Counted from the first letter of the whole stretch, positions 24,601 to 38,866 are shown. The stretch: 63,202 nucleotides of DNA, filler included, from Choristocarpus tenellus KU-1152 (GCA_964200185.2; 13 parts of 13 records of this genome joined end to end with filler, not necessarily neighbours in it), one strand, 5' to 3'. Numbers and translations are program-made. The notes: a model not told the origin generated them from the letters alone.

Positions 24601-27546
24601 CTAGTATCTAAGCCATTGGCAGTTTGGTTGCATCCATCCATGCACTCTTTCTTTACATCCACCAATGGTACTGTGCGGGGGCTGGAAGATCAGGGAGAGA
24701 GGTCCAAGGAGAGATGATACTGAGTTGGATGAGAATCGAAGTACAGCAAAAAGAAGGCTGCACACACCTGCTAAAATAGTTTGAGCGATCAATTTCAAAC
24801 ATTGAGTTGCTCGAGTGACCAAGGGAGTAAGGTGCCTGGCATTGAGTATAAATCTAAGCCCAAATTGTTGCATTTATGAGTGGGGACTGAAAATGATGGA
24901 GAGTTAAAAGGCAATGACCTTGCTACTGTGACACAGCAATATTGTTGCAAAGCAAGGTCTTGTTGTATTAATAGTTTGAGTCAAATACGTGGAACAGACC
25001 ACTTGTAGTGAGTCAAAGTAAAAGACATGTGCCCAGAGTTGCATTTTAAGGATGCTGACAAATATGTGCAAATTCTGGCTTTTGTACGAATATGTATAGG
25101 ATATATCCTGTGAAAATGTTTACGCAATTTTGGTACACAAGGCGAAATGCCACCACCAATGGATGCTAGCCGAGGACCCTTCTCTCTGCCCCAGAAGTTC
25201 AATCCAAATGTCCTGTTGCATATTTGCTATTTTCATTTCACATTCTTGTTGATGTCCTTTGAAGTATCATATGGTCTGTTTTCTGTGCAAACGTACCCTA
25301 CATAGTTCAACAAACGTCAGAAGGTCAATGCAGGTTCTTGTCTCTTTTATGTTTTCAAAGGACTTGGTTATCAAATATATTTCCTCTGCGTCCAAAACCA
25401 CACAGGGATTAACCAGATGAGGAATTCCGCTGTTGCTTACCGGAAGGATTCTTGCCTAACTTTACAATATTTTTTATAATTTCTTGAACCCACGGCTGTA
25501 GAGAAGAGAAATTATGGAGGGGAAGTAATTCGGCTCAATGCAGGTGAGAGCAGGCTAGGTAGGGTAGGAATAGCCTTGATAATACATATTCACCAGATGT
25601 AATAGCCAGCCCAAAGAAATTGCTGAGCATCTTCATTTCTGCACCCATGTAGGTGGCGGCATCTAAATAGCTGATCCATCATTATCATATTGTACCTTAA
25701 TTTGTTAGACAAGAACACAAAACACTAACTCCTAAACCCGCAAACAAACATATTTGACTGTGACCGCACGAGCGTACATAACGCAGTATGCATCACTCCG
25801 TAGCTGGTGCTTGGTATTAAGAAGCACTGCCTCAGTCCTCAAACGGAGAGATGGATTTTCTCCAAAGAGTCATTGAAAACCAGAGGTGCCCAGGATGTGA
25901 GCGATTTCCATCTTAAGCCAGCTTTCAATCTATTGAAATTCACCCATATTTCTATTGATGACGTGCGAAGTTTGGAACGAGAGCACTGATTTCTTCATTG
26001 TTTCAATATTTTCGACAGAATTCAGAATATTTTCTATAGCCATTTGCATATAAAAAGCAGAAATTTGGGTACCTCTCGTTTCTGCTGGCTCAAATCACAG
26101 TTCACATCACCACTTCACCACCACGTTTGTTGAGAATCACATTTTTAGCATTGCTGTTATTCTCACCTCGTAGTTTTCAACTCTTGGATACATTGTTCAT
26201 TCTTCCAGTTGGACTTCTCTAGCATACAGTCCAATTTCTCCGAGGAAGCAACGACCTTCACCTCCTAATTTTATTATCACCGTGTTCAGGATTAGTATTT
26301 GTTTTGTTCCCAAGGCCTTGTATAGGGAAGCTGGGGCCACCAGTGAAGTCAATGTAGCTGCCACAGTTGTATCAGTTCATGCTTTGAGTATTTGAGCGGC
26401 AGGAGTAAGGGTTCGATGACAATTTATTGCCTGTGGTAATGGGTGTACACATAAAATGCTTAAATCATCTGTGTCATAACACCAGTGCTGCTTACCCAAT
26501 AAAAGTGAGTGCTGAGGTAGCTTAAGTCGATTTTTGCCGAATGACACAAAAGTGTTCAAAGGTCAATATATCAACACTACAATGAGGACTGGAATTAGGT
26601 CATAGTTGCACTGGGGCAGCAACCATGTTATGGTCTATTTCATCATTAATAAGACGTTGCGGGGACAAGATTTGGACCACAGGTGCATCAGTCAGAATCC
26701 AGGTTCAGGTAGCTTTATAGTTATTAAAACTTGGCCATATTGATCATGACATTGGTACCAATAATACCACCTACAAACTAGATGCTACAACATGCAAGCC
26801 TGTCATAGCTACTGTCATTGCCCTAGGGTTGGTCATTGACACTGACCGCCACAGTTATCCCCGGCACAAAGCTAGCATTCTCAAAACTAAAGAACGCGAT
26901 GTGGCGAATGGGTTCAGCACCAGAAATAACGATGACGGCAAATACATTGGGATGAAGTATTCCACAACCTTACCTTCCAAATTAAACAAGTAGTATCAAC
27001 ATGTAAACCGAAAACACACGACTGTCATTAGATATCCACAAACCTAGTCATGTCTTTGCAAGATCCAAACTCCAACATCAGAAATTAGTTAAGCCCTGCC
27101 ATAGATAACAACATCAATGTGAAAGACTCCTCCAGATTGATACATTCCTCATGTTACATAATTCATGACATTACAGCTAAACGATCAAACACGAATATAT
27201 TATCTTCCAACAATAAACTCACTGTCAAACCAGATTTTGGAGTTCAACTGCAGTACCCCATAACACGATAAATACTGCATCTGCAGACCGTTTAGAACTG
27301 AGAGATCAACATATTATGATCATAAACTCCACAATTCCTCAACTAAATGTGTTCACCACCCCAAGGAAAAGCACTTGCCACAAATTAGAAAGTGAGACAA
27401 ACATAAAAGGTGTGCCGGAAGTAAGGTTAATCAAAACTGCAAACAAACACCATAGCCCAAAAACCATTTAAATCGCCACATTGGATTTTTGATCACAAAC
27501 GGACGGGATAGAATCCTCAAAACTGTTTTCGTTAATGATCAGAATC

Positions 27547-29490
27547 TTTCCTCACCGCAGTCTCTGCCCGCAGCAGAGTAACCCCCTCTGACGCCATAAG
27601 GGCCTCTTCCCGGACACTTGATTCATGGATCTCCCTCTCCTTCAGCTTCAAGTTATCGCTGATCATTGTCCATGTCAAGTTCAGGGGCACAATATCAGTT
27701 ACATTAGTCAGGTTTGGGAGTAGGGTGGCAATGATGGGAGGAAGAAACACGATGAGTGTACCACCTGGAACTAGATGTTCCGTGCATCCCTCCGGGTCAG
27801 TCCATCCTTTCTACTATGCCATCGTCCTACATCTCGTCTACATCATACAGGAGTTCAAAATCTCGTATCACGCTGTGTACATGACTGCAACGATACCGGA
27901 GTGCACCACACAATGTAGCATAAGATGCAACCCGTCGAGTACTACAGGTGATTGAGACAGCTCTGCTCACCTCATGTTTGCCAAGGAAGTCGAAGAAACA
28001 CCAAGGTTCGCCTTCGTCTCCTCTAGGCAAGCCTCCTGTATGTGAGTATGGATGGGTGGAAGGGTGGAAGTGTGTTGTGAAACCTAGGGCTCCAGACACA
28101 GTGTAAGTAGTGTGTGAGTGTTGTGGGGAGATGAGACCTGGGCACAATGGAGTGGGCTTTGAGGTGTCCACAACGGGTCCAATGGTGATGAGATGCTCAG
28201 CGTACGTTCATAGTCTAGGGACTTGACGTACAATGCCAAGATCAAACGTGCAAAACTTTGATGTTGTCAACATCAACACCAAGGTCACAATAGCCTAATC
28301 TATCGACCATAGGTTTGCATACCGGGATGGTAACAGGAAAGATTGGAGACAATACGATAGGTGTTCCAACATTGTTTTGAGTGCCTTTGTGACAATCTCT
28401 TGATTAGGGGGAGAGGTGATATTCAATATCAAACTACACAATCCACTGTATTCCTCCGAAATCCAAGGTTCCTGTGCACATCCTCTATTTGAGATCAATA
28501 CACGCGTATATTGCATAATCGATAAATTGCCTCATTTTCATTATCACAATGGCCTTCCCATGCACGATGGGATATTTGGCTTCCCAAAGACCATCCCCTT
28601 TCCTCACCGCAGTCTCTGCCCGCAGCAGAGTAGCCCCCTCTGACACCATAAGGGCCTCTTCCCGGACACTTGATTCGTGGATCTCCCTCTCCTTCAGCTT
28701 CAAGGTATCGCTGATCATTGTCCATGTCAAGTTCAGGGGCACAATATCAGTTACATTAGTCAGGTTTGGGAGTAGGGTGATGGTGATGGGAGGAAGAAAC
28801 ACGATGAGTGTACCACCTGGAACTAGATGTTCCATTCCTCCCTTTTTGTGTCAGTCCATCCTTTCCACTTTAATATCATAGTTCCTTCTGCTTATGTTCA
28901 GTAGACAGAATTTGAAAAATTTGTATGAGATTGGGTAGATGACTGCAACAATATTTGAGTGCACCACATAAAGTGAAAGATTATGCAACCCAGCGAGTGC
29001 GGCTGGTGATAAGGGGACATCTGCTCACCTAATGTTCGCCAATGAAGCGTTTGAAGCACCGAGGTCAGCCTTGATCTTATCGATGGGGGTCGCCCGGATG
29101 TGCGTATTATTCAGACAAGAATCATCAGTATGTTTTGAAATCTAGAATTCTAGACGCAATGTATGTAATGTGCCAGTTTGTGGGGAGATCAGATCTCAGC
29201 GTAAAGGTGTGAGCATCGAAGTCGGCAAAGGTATGGAAGAATTGTGATAAAACTCTCAGCAAAGGCAAGCGATATAGGCACCTAATGTAAAATATGGAGA
29301 TCCAACACAAGTAATCTATATCATTGACTTCAACTCCTAGATCAGAGCAAGATTGAGAATTCAGTATACATTTGCATACTAGGGTGCTTACTAGAAGAAT
29401 TGGAGATAATTCGGCGGGTGTGCTGACATTTATTTGAGAGTCTTTATGGCAATCTCTTGATTAGGGGGAGAGGTGATATTAATTCTTTTA
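27547..29490 (-). repeat. ~1.05-kb tandem duplication of a decayed multi-exon segment
   Basis: 27547-27800 is nearly identical to 28599-28850; paralogous mini-exons KANLGVSSTSLANMR|gt and KADLGASNASLANIR|gt; shared CAATCTCTTGATTAGGGGGAGAGGTGATATT at ~28394 and ~29450. Confidence 0.85.
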
Positions 29491-30421
29491 TGATAGGCAG
29501 GGATTGAAATACAAGTAGGGTTGTGTCAAGTAGGGTTGTGTACAGGTTCATTCAAGGGCTTCAAGTCAATACTGTCCAGAATGTAGTCCATACCAGGAGT
29601 CAAAACCAACCTCTAGGGTATCTTTTTTGGGTTATCATCCTTCGCACCTTGGACCGGTCATGGATGAACCTTACCAACATTGCTACAAGCATTGCCACCA
29701 TAATGAGCAGTATAACCTTATGTTTGGGGAATGTTTTGATGAGACAAGGTGTGTTCATTTTTGGTAATGTGGAGGTTGGCAGATACAGAGATTGGCAGAT
29801 GTACATTAGAGCAAAATTTATAGTTGGGACTGAGGAAGGAAACTCTCGCATGTTTTATAACTTGCAGGATTGGCTGATTAATGCGAAGGGAAGCAACGGG
29901 AGGCACAATAGACATGAAAAAATGTACATTGAAGTGCATTTTTCTTCGAGTGCAGTAAGAGATTGTGGATTGTGGGAGGTTATGATGGTATTAACTTTCT
30001 TCGGAAATATAGGGAGGGTGAGAAATGTTCCATTTGGAAGTCACTCAATCTACCCATCGAGGGCCCATGCACTTTTTACCAAAGACTATTATACCTCTCT
30101 AGGCACCCTTTTCTGAAAAGAGTCTGGATGTAGGGACTATTAATACACAGACCCACTGTCATCAGAAGTGAATGGCGTCTCCCCTTCTTCCATGTTCTGT
30201 CATTGATCTCTAAGTCCAGGTGCAACACTACCAAGAACTATGCATTGTGCTGAGAATTACAACAACTATGGGAGTTACTCCAAGGATATGCCTGAATCCT
30301 GCCACCATGGCCACCGACTCCTTGCAAATCCAGAGTTTGGGTACTTGCACACCATTGCGACCATTGGTGCAGGCAATTGCGTGTGATAATTACTATGAAT
30401 GATAATTTCACATGAATATTT

Positions 30422-31199
30422 CAGGGCTTTTCACCAGGCCTGGCAGTTAGCATGTCCACTGTCGGCCATATGGCCTCAAGGCGGTCCGTGGGTCAGCTAT
30501 GTTGAAACGGTCAATAGCCATGGACTCAGTCATGTTCAAACTTGGTTATACATGGCCGACCGGTGGTCATGTTGAGGAAGCAATGGCAATGGACTCGGTC
30601 ATGCTAGAACATTTTATCTATGACCAGCCAAGTAATACTTTCTTACGCTTCCCCCAGCCACATCATGGTCATGCCTCCTTTATTATATTTTACCACTCTT
30701 GAATAATGTATCCTACATTCCAAATTTCTGCTACTGCTACTTCAAGTACTAAATATACTATTTATATTTCAGTGGTATTTCAATATTAGTTGATGTTGTT
30801 CCATTCAGAATTTTAAAATTGTAAAAGTAAACAATGCATTGTTGGGTCTTTCAGGTGATCTGTGGTTCGTGTGTGAGAAACGCAGTGGGCATAGTCTGGA
30901 CACGGAAGGAAAAATATTAGAATGACCAGGTGGTGGACATGAACCACTACAATACCTAGTGCACATGGACCAGGACACGCTAAGGAACTCCGAGACCAGT
31001 CAGGACATGGACATGGACCAGCTCAATGACTGGTAGACATGGATTTGGGACATGTTAAAAAAAACTGTGGGACCGGTCTGGACATGGACATGGACCGTTT
31101 CAATACCTAGTGGACATGGACTAGGACATATTAAATAATTGTGGGACCAATCGAGTCGGTGGATGGGACTCTGTTTTGCTGATCTGGTGAAAACTCCTG
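30422..31199. mobile_element. Non-autonomous hAT-like element
   Basis: 16-bp TIRs CAGGGCTTTTCACCAG / CTGGTGAAAACTCCTG (14/16 match); flanks GAATATTT / GACAATTT (6/8, decayed 8-bp TSD); reiterated subterminal GGACATGGAC motifs at 30930-31130. CAG termini with an 8-bp TSD are typical of hAT. Confidence 0.7.
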
Positions 31200-33501
31200 G
31201 ACAATTTGAAAAATTGAAAGGTAGAGAAAAAATGGTTTTTTTTTTTCAAGTGCAAAACATGTTCTAATCTAAAATACTGTTTGTAAATCATTTTCTGTGT
31301 ATAAAGAAAACATATTGCTGTCATTATTAATATTCAAATACTGGTATTAAATTAGAATTTAAATTACATTTTGCGCTTGTTTTCTTTATATTATATTATA
31401 ATACCCTCTGAGATTTTGTAGATGCGTTAGGGGAAAAAACAATGAAAAGTCAATCAAATATCAGATCAACCCCTGAAAAAGTAACCATGTCGTAAGTGTG
31501 AATGACGTTTTACTATTATTTCAAAAACAATGATAATACCAATATAAAGAAGATAGTAATTTGTGATGTGAATGGTAACAGGTCATAGGACTTCAGCTCA
31601 GTTAATTGGAAAGAACTGAACTAAAATGTTTGGTCATTCGGGGCAGGGATATCTATTAAGTACAAACAGAAGTAAGACTGAACATCTCTGAAGTCACAAA
31701 ATCACACACAACACAACCTAGTGCATTGGTCACAAGGTGTCTCTACCCACAACTCTCTACACATTCATGACTTTGGTTCTGCCTGAAGCCTTAGGAGTAT
31801 TTGGGTCTCAACAGTTTTGTGGATCCATCTACCAAACCGTCATGCATCTTCAGCTTTCCATTAAAGCAGGACATGAATGAGCAATATTCCATCTCAAAAA
31901 CTATTGGAGAACACGCGTCTGGAGATGAGAAAAAGGGCAGGATTGAGTGTAGGACAAAATTTGCTTCTTTGGAGGGGCTCTGTTCGAGCCCAGGAGTCTT
32001 GCACCTCACAGCACCATGTAGCACTTGGCAAACTGCGCAATTTGAGGGTGTCTGCCTGTGCACCAACAGTTCAACCACATCAATAGGAAATTTTCTAGTT
32101 GCCTTCAACTTAACCGCAAGTTCTTTGACTAATAACACTAATTGTAATATGATATCAAGACTAGTAGCTAAAAGAATACATTTTGCAACTCCAGTAGTGT
32201 GATAGTAATGATGGTGAATATATATAAAATAAATGAAAAAAAATAAAATATCTTCCAAATTACAGAAAAATATGTATCATTTTTCAATATCAAAATCTAT
32301 ACAACAATTTATAGGGTCCTCTGAGAGGGGCTGGATCCCTCAGGGGTTGTGGGCATAAAACAGGGAGAGGGATAGGGAAGAGGAGAGGGCCTGGCGTGAC
32401 TCCTTGAGTCTTTTGCATGCAAGGTATCTTATGTTGAAGTCAAGGTGTTGTGTCAAAATCTGACCTATATACAAACTGTAACTATTCCTTACTCTACACA
32501 TGTGGATGAGAGTCGGCACTGCTAATGTACAGGCGGATAGACGGACGGACAAAAAGGAATCAATTCATTTTGAACCCTATGTACATGAAAGGTAGAAAAG
32601 AGGTCTATAGAGCTGGTGCTTTCATCTTTTTTTTTCAAGGTTTATGATTTTTTTGGAACAAGTAGGTTTCTAAGGGAAGGAATTGCTTGGTTTAATTCGG
32701 TACAGGTGTGAGAGGGACCCAAAGAATCGATTACTTTTGGAACAAGTAAGTATGTGTGTGCACTCAGGCGAGTGTACGCACAAGGATGAGAGATGGTTCT
32801 GATAACGTACCGATAGACACAGACAGATGGGAGGAGAGCAACTACTTGTATTTTTTCTATGTGTACATGAGAGAGCTGGTGCTGGTAATGTGCAGACACT
32901 GACACACGGACTAACGGTCAAACAGACATTCAGACAGGCAAAAAGACAGACAAGCATACAGTCAGACAGAGAGACGGGTGGATGGAGGGGAATTAGTTGG
33001 TCTTACACGGTATAAACTTGAGAGAGTCCCAAAAGGTAGGTAAGGACCCCTTCAAGTAATAAATTTTATTTTTTTCATATCTTTTTTTGTTTATTAAAAT
33101 GCAATGTATTTGAATAATATAGGAAAAATATGGATAACGTTGATAATAGTGATGATAGTACTATCATAATGACAACAATTATTTTAGAAAGTTGGAATCG
33201 AAATATTTCTAAAGCGCACAAAGAAAACAGTACCTAGTTAATACTAATATCAAAACAATAGATGATAGTAATAACAATTACAAATATTTTCAGATAATAA
33301 AAATATTCTCTACAATGTGTATATGTAGATATTGACAATGACATATACAATCAAAAGGTATTAAAAAAATACTATATGGACAATAATCATAGCAACAACA
33401 ATTGTAGTTATGGCAATTACTGTATGTAGTGAATATATGTTAATAAAAGAATAGTGGAAATTATGTAGATATATTCAAGAATTGCAATAATAATGTATAT
33501 A

Positions 33502-33996
33502 TTATTATGACCTCTGACATTTTGCAGATGTGTCAGGGGAAAAACCAATGAAAAACCATTCAGATATCAATTATCAGATGACTAGGTCAATTTTTAAGTA
33601 ATACTTAGGGTCACAGTTAGAGTTGGTTAACGCATAAAAGAGTAGATACTGTTATTCTACTATTGTTTTTACGTTCTATGCAGATATCTGTAATAAATCG
33701 CAGTATAAACAATATATCCTAAACATCTTCATTATATTATATGTATAGAAACTGTGATAAGTCATATATTTTATTTTTTATCATTTATGAAGACTATTAC
33801 AGAAGCATCTAGAACTTGCCTCTCTCATTTCCACTAAATTTCTGTAGTATTATGATAAATACAAATGTCAACGATAATGTATCAGTATGTCACTTTTTGT
33901 GACGATTGTTACTCTTTTAGGGATTTTTCAGACATGTGAATAGTCTTCATTAGTTTTTCCCCTGGCAAATCTGGAAAATGTCAGAGGGCATAATAA
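33502..33996. mobile_element. MITE family C (~495 bp) with ~65-bp imperfect TIRs
   Basis: TTATTATGACCTCTGACATTTTGCAGATGTGTCAGGGGAAAAACCAATGAA vs reverse complement at ~33930-33996. Related ends at ~31395-31510, ~36490-36580, ~37360-37480, ~45140-45250 (-), ~45315-45360. Confidence 0.85.
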
Positions 33997-36757
33997 CGTA
34001 GTAGTGTATCAACAATGAAAATATTGGTAAGGTCATAATGATGAAATGATAAGAACTATCGTAATTGAAATAAGAATATATTAATTTATTGCAATTGAAA
34101 ATAATTATGAAAATGTCAATATATAATAATGATGGTACTAATACTGTTAGAACTTAGGAAGTGGGAGGTGAGAGGATCCCATATCAACTCAATGTGATGT
34201 TAAGGGCATTCTTGCATATGCTATTTTTGGTGTCAAACTCACTGCCCCTCAATCTCGCCAATACTCCAGAGATATTTTGAGCTGCAACGGTTTGAGAACA
34301 TATGTACCCACCTCTAGCATCTGTTCATCAGCCTGGTCTAACTCCAGTTGCTCGACCTGGGCAATTATATCAGAGGAGGAGGTTTAGGTTAGATCTTCAG
34401 TCTGGATTTCGTCTTTAGGAGAGTACTTGAAATGAAAGCTGTACACAGCAACTGAAGAACCAGGTGGATAACATTAGCAACTAGTCATAGCTTCATCACA
34501 TGAGCTGTTAATTGACCTGCACAACCAGGATTGTTGTTGTTGTCTGCTGATGAACAAGGCAGAAAGGTAGCTCTGACTGGGTGGAATACAAAACAAGATT
34601 TTGCAATATCCCCCCTCAGTGCCTCCAGAATTTCAGATATTAACCCGTGCAATATTTACTGATGCACCAGGGCTCATTTCTCAAGCTAAAGAACTCGGCA
34701 TGGTTATTTTCTCCTTGATTAAATGATGCATTGGAAGCTGAGAGCTATGGTTTGAAGTTGTGTAGGGTCAAAGTATGTGTGTGTGTGGGGGGGGGGTTGT
34801 GAGGGGGAGCCCGTTTCGGTCACACAACTCTTTTTTTTGTTGACATTTCANNNNNNNNNNNNNNNNNNNNNNNNNNNNNNNNNNNNNNNNNNNNTTAATT
34901 AATTAANNNNNNNNNNNNNNNNNNNNNNNNNNNNNNNNNNNNNNNNNNNNCCCCTCCCCCCCCCAGATACTTCGGAAGTCTCATGTATTTATTCTCTATG
35001 ACCACCCTGTTTCCAAAACTGCCTTGCTCTGATTTTATTTTGCTTTCAGAGAAACTGATGGGAGTGGGCACTGGAACGGAACTACTTACCAACGAAGAGC
35101 TCTTTTCGATTTTGCACCCGACAACGGGGAAGCTCTCCTATACGTACACCAGCTTCAATAGCTGGGGGACATGCCAGAATTGGTACCCATGCCCAGAGTG
35201 CCAGAGCTAGAAGTTACAATTTGATTGACTGGTATCATGCAGCATATGGAACCTACACCCCAACTGTTACAGTGTGTCAAGCCTTGTACTTTGTTTTCCT
35301 GACGTTGTGAAGTAGTAGTGATGTACCTCAAAGGGATAGACAAGTGTTTGGTCTTTCTGTTGGTTGTAGCTGGGATTGTTTGTGACATATGATTTGAGAG
35401 ACAAAGTGTATTTGAAGGGGTGTACATCACGTTCAAAGCTTGGCTCACACAAATATTGCTCTTGACTGTGAAGCGGTGGTGAGGATTGGGATATTATGGG
35501 ATAATTTGCTGCAGTAGACCAATGAACATGAGTAGGGCTTTAATCCAAACAGGGTAGTTACAGGACCAGGTTGGGATTTGAACTGACTTGGAATAATTTA
35601 ATTTTTTCTCTGGGGTTGGACTAGAGCCGACTTATCAAATCCTTTTTTCAGACTTGGATCTGGGCTGTAGTAATTTTGGCAGGATGGCCAAGGGCTGACT
35701 TGCACAACATTTTTTTTGTAATGACCTGCCCAGGTACCAGTTTTAGGTAACCAACATGCGTGTTTGTTTAATGAGTGAAAACACACGTCTATGTAATACA
35801 TTGTTTATGTAGAAACAGGGTTTTTGGCGACTTGCCTTCCTTTTTTGAAAATCTGCCACAATTTGATGCTTTCGTTGCATTGGCATTGGATGTGCCATTG
35901 CATACTTTGGTGTGTGTGTGAGCATTCCTTACGTTGAAATATATTTCCTTTTTTGATGACGTACGCGAAACCTTCAAATGATGAGCTACATATGGAAACT
36001 GAAGGTTGTGGATGTTGAGGCACATCCTTACAAAATATGACTTCGGAGTTCAATATTTCCTATGTTGATCCCAATCGCTTGTACCTACTGTTTTTCTCTG
36101 GGAGTGGTGTCGGACAATTGTTTTGACAACATGGTGGCATGTTCACAATTCAGGACACACTGATTGATACAAGTTGCACTCACAAGGTCAATGCATTGTG
36201 AAGGTATGAAAATGGACTTTTTTTTGTATCAGGGAACCATTTACAGATCTTTGCAAATGGGAGAATCATACCGACACAATATTTTTATGTTCTGAACACA
36301 GAAGGGATGCACCAACACGAGAAATGCAACCCACTGACCACAGATATACGGAATAATGTAAGGTACATGTTTTTAACTTGATGAACTCACAACATCACGG
36401 TGGAGAAGTCATGTTACTCAACATCCGAATGGGGCCTCCACAACGTTTCAATCTAGATAGAAGTTAATACTATTTATTCTGTCATAGAATGATGCATTAT
36501 GTAGATATATGAGGGAAACTGTCGAACCAATGTCACAAGGGACGTTGCAAAAGTAACAGTTGTCACGGTGAAAGATACCTCTCTAAAATCTAATTTCTAT
36601 TGAAGTACCATTTTATCATAGAATAAACCAAGTACTGCATGGAAATAAATCGAATATGGTAGGAACTTGAAATCATTAGACTTTGTTTTCCCAACTATTC
36701 CTCAATATAAACACAACAGTAGTTACTCTTTCCTACTATATCGCAACGTAAAATCAG

Positions 36758-37245
36758 CATTGCTTTTCACCAAGTCAGCAATTTTAGAAATTCTTCTCCA
36801 CTGGTTGGACCAGGTCAAGCAGTCTCCGACATGTCCGGAAAACGACCACTGGATATCGTACCAGACCATGGCGGCCAACAAGTTCAATATTTTCACCAAG
36901 TCTGGACCATGTCTATTATTACTTGTTCTTCTACAAGTCCATCTATCTGTCAGTCTCGTTTGGCCTTCCCATGGAAGCAATAAAAATGTGTGCAGCATAT
37001 TGAAGGTTAAGTTACCATACGTGGATCACAAATCACCTTTACCACTAATATATAGAATGTTTTATAGGGTGGTTAGAGTAGAAGTGTATTTTTAGTACTA
37101 ACATTAGTAGTATAGAATAAAAGATTCTAGTAGAGCGAATTAGAGACGCATGGTCATAAAGCCGAAAATAACTGAGTTCATGGTCATTGCTTACTGAACA
37201 TGACTGGGCCCACTGGCCGGCCATGTATTTGTGTATCAAGATGAG
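36758..37245 (-). mobile_element. Decayed inverted relative of the hAT-like element
   Basis: GCTTTTCACCAAGTCAGCAA terminus, and CATGGTCATTGCTTACTGAACATGAC...GGCCATGTAT matches the reverse complement of ~30540-30620. Confidence 0.55.
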
Positions 37246-37569
37246 TTAGGGACAGATCACATCTATCTTCTCTCCATTCATAGGGACAAACCGTTTACAC
37301 GTGTTGATAATATGGTGAGGGATACCTCCAAATCATATATATATATACAAGTATTTTATTATCATACCTTTTGAAATTTTGTGTATGTGTAAGACAGGGG
37401 AAAAACTAATGATAACTATTAACATTTCTGAAAATTCCTAAAAGAAGTAACAGTTGTCACAAATGTGAAAAACATCCATCTATTTGCTATTTTACTTCTA
37501 TGTTGTACCACTGCCTTCCTGTGTCTCCAGCCTATCTATTCCTGTACCTCAGGGTGAGGAGCTAGGGAA

Positions 37570-37818
37570 GACCCAAAGCATTTAAGTCGGTAGGTCATGT
37601 CCATTCGTGATCGTAAATCCAATGTTACGATTTATGAATTTTGGCTATCATGTTAGCAAGTGTCAATACCCTTACTCCGGACACAACTTTTGTAGTCATA
37701 TTCATTTAGGTAACTGTGTTCACACAGAAAACCTAAAAACGGCATAAAAAATCCGTAGGAAGCCAAGCCCCGATGGATAAACAGGACAATACTCCTACCC
37801 TCTTATATGCTTTGGGTC
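37570..37818 (+). mobile_element. MITE family A, old complete copy with 4-bp TSD GGAA
   Basis: Termini GACCCAAAGCAT...ATGCTTTGGGTC, flanked by GGAA on both sides. The uninterrupted target is present in reverse complement at 45017-45050. Confidence 0.88.
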
Positions 37819-38115
37819 GGAAGCATCCCAAGAATCTAACATGCCATGGTAGGCAACAAATATATACGGATAAATGGGATTTGTCCATCATTTCTCAACG
37901 TTTAGTTACACTCAGTGAATTGTTTGTGTTAACCCATCCCTGTGTTGATCACTCCTACTCCTACACGGGGAGGATTATACTCTTACAGAATGAAGTGCAG
38001 ATGTCACCTGTCACCTATCAAACCTGTCAACAGATGCTGTATACGTCTTTTGTCATAATCTCTATCACACATACCCTGTTCCTTCTTCCTTCACATCAAA
38101 CGTTCGTGACAGTGT

Positions 38116-38236
38116 GAGTGAATGTATCTTAAAGGGTACAAGTTTTGCCCTGTTTGTCCATTTGAGGCCTGACTTCCCATGGCGTATTTTTTTTTACATT
38201 TTCCTACTCCAAAATGTTTCGGAGTAGGTAAAATGT
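38116..38236 (-). mobile_element. MITE family A partial copy
   Basis: GAGTGAATGTATCTTAAAGGGTACAAGTTTTGCCCTGTTTGTCCATTTG is the reverse complement of the right end. Confidence 0.85.
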
Positions 38237-38866
38237 NNNNNNNNNNNNNNNNNNNNNNNNNNNNNNNNNNNNNNNNNNNNTTAATTAATTAANNNNNNNN
38301 NNNNNNNNNNNNNNNNNNNNNNNNNNNNNNNNNNNNGGGGGGGATGGTGGGGGGGGGGGGGGGGGGGGGGGGGGGACGGGGACTGGCAGGTTCTGGCGGG
38401 GGGGGGCGGGGGCGATGCTGCAGGTGAGAGGATTGGCATGTTGATTGTGTCGTGTTGTGCTGTGTTGGGTGTGTGTGTGGGGGGGGGCAATGCGGAGAGA
38501 GGATGGATATGCAAGTTGTTTTTAGGGTTGACATTTGGGTGGAGTGCTTAAGCCTCCGCCATGAATGCCTCCACTGCAGTAGACATGAGACAGGTGTCTT
38601 TTTCTAGAACTCGGCTTGACTACAGTAGTCATGTTATTTTCTACCAGAAAAAAAAAGTGAGTGAATATTCAGGACATCTGGTTTTTCAAGTCATACGTAC
38701 TCCCTTCCATGCTGTCTGCCCCTAACACATGGGCACAAAAATAAAATGAAGCATCCAAAGCAAGCTCTCAGACATTTGTGAAATACAGGAACACCCTCCA
38801 CCTGTTCGAACAGTAGTTCAGTAAGGTTTCTTGTCATACGCTACCTTACCCCTTTCTTGGTTGCAG

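Noticed and set aside
35600-36060. MULE-like Zn-finger remnant (HTHTKVC) on the minus strand
   Set aside because: Too degraded; no DDE domain or TIRs seen.
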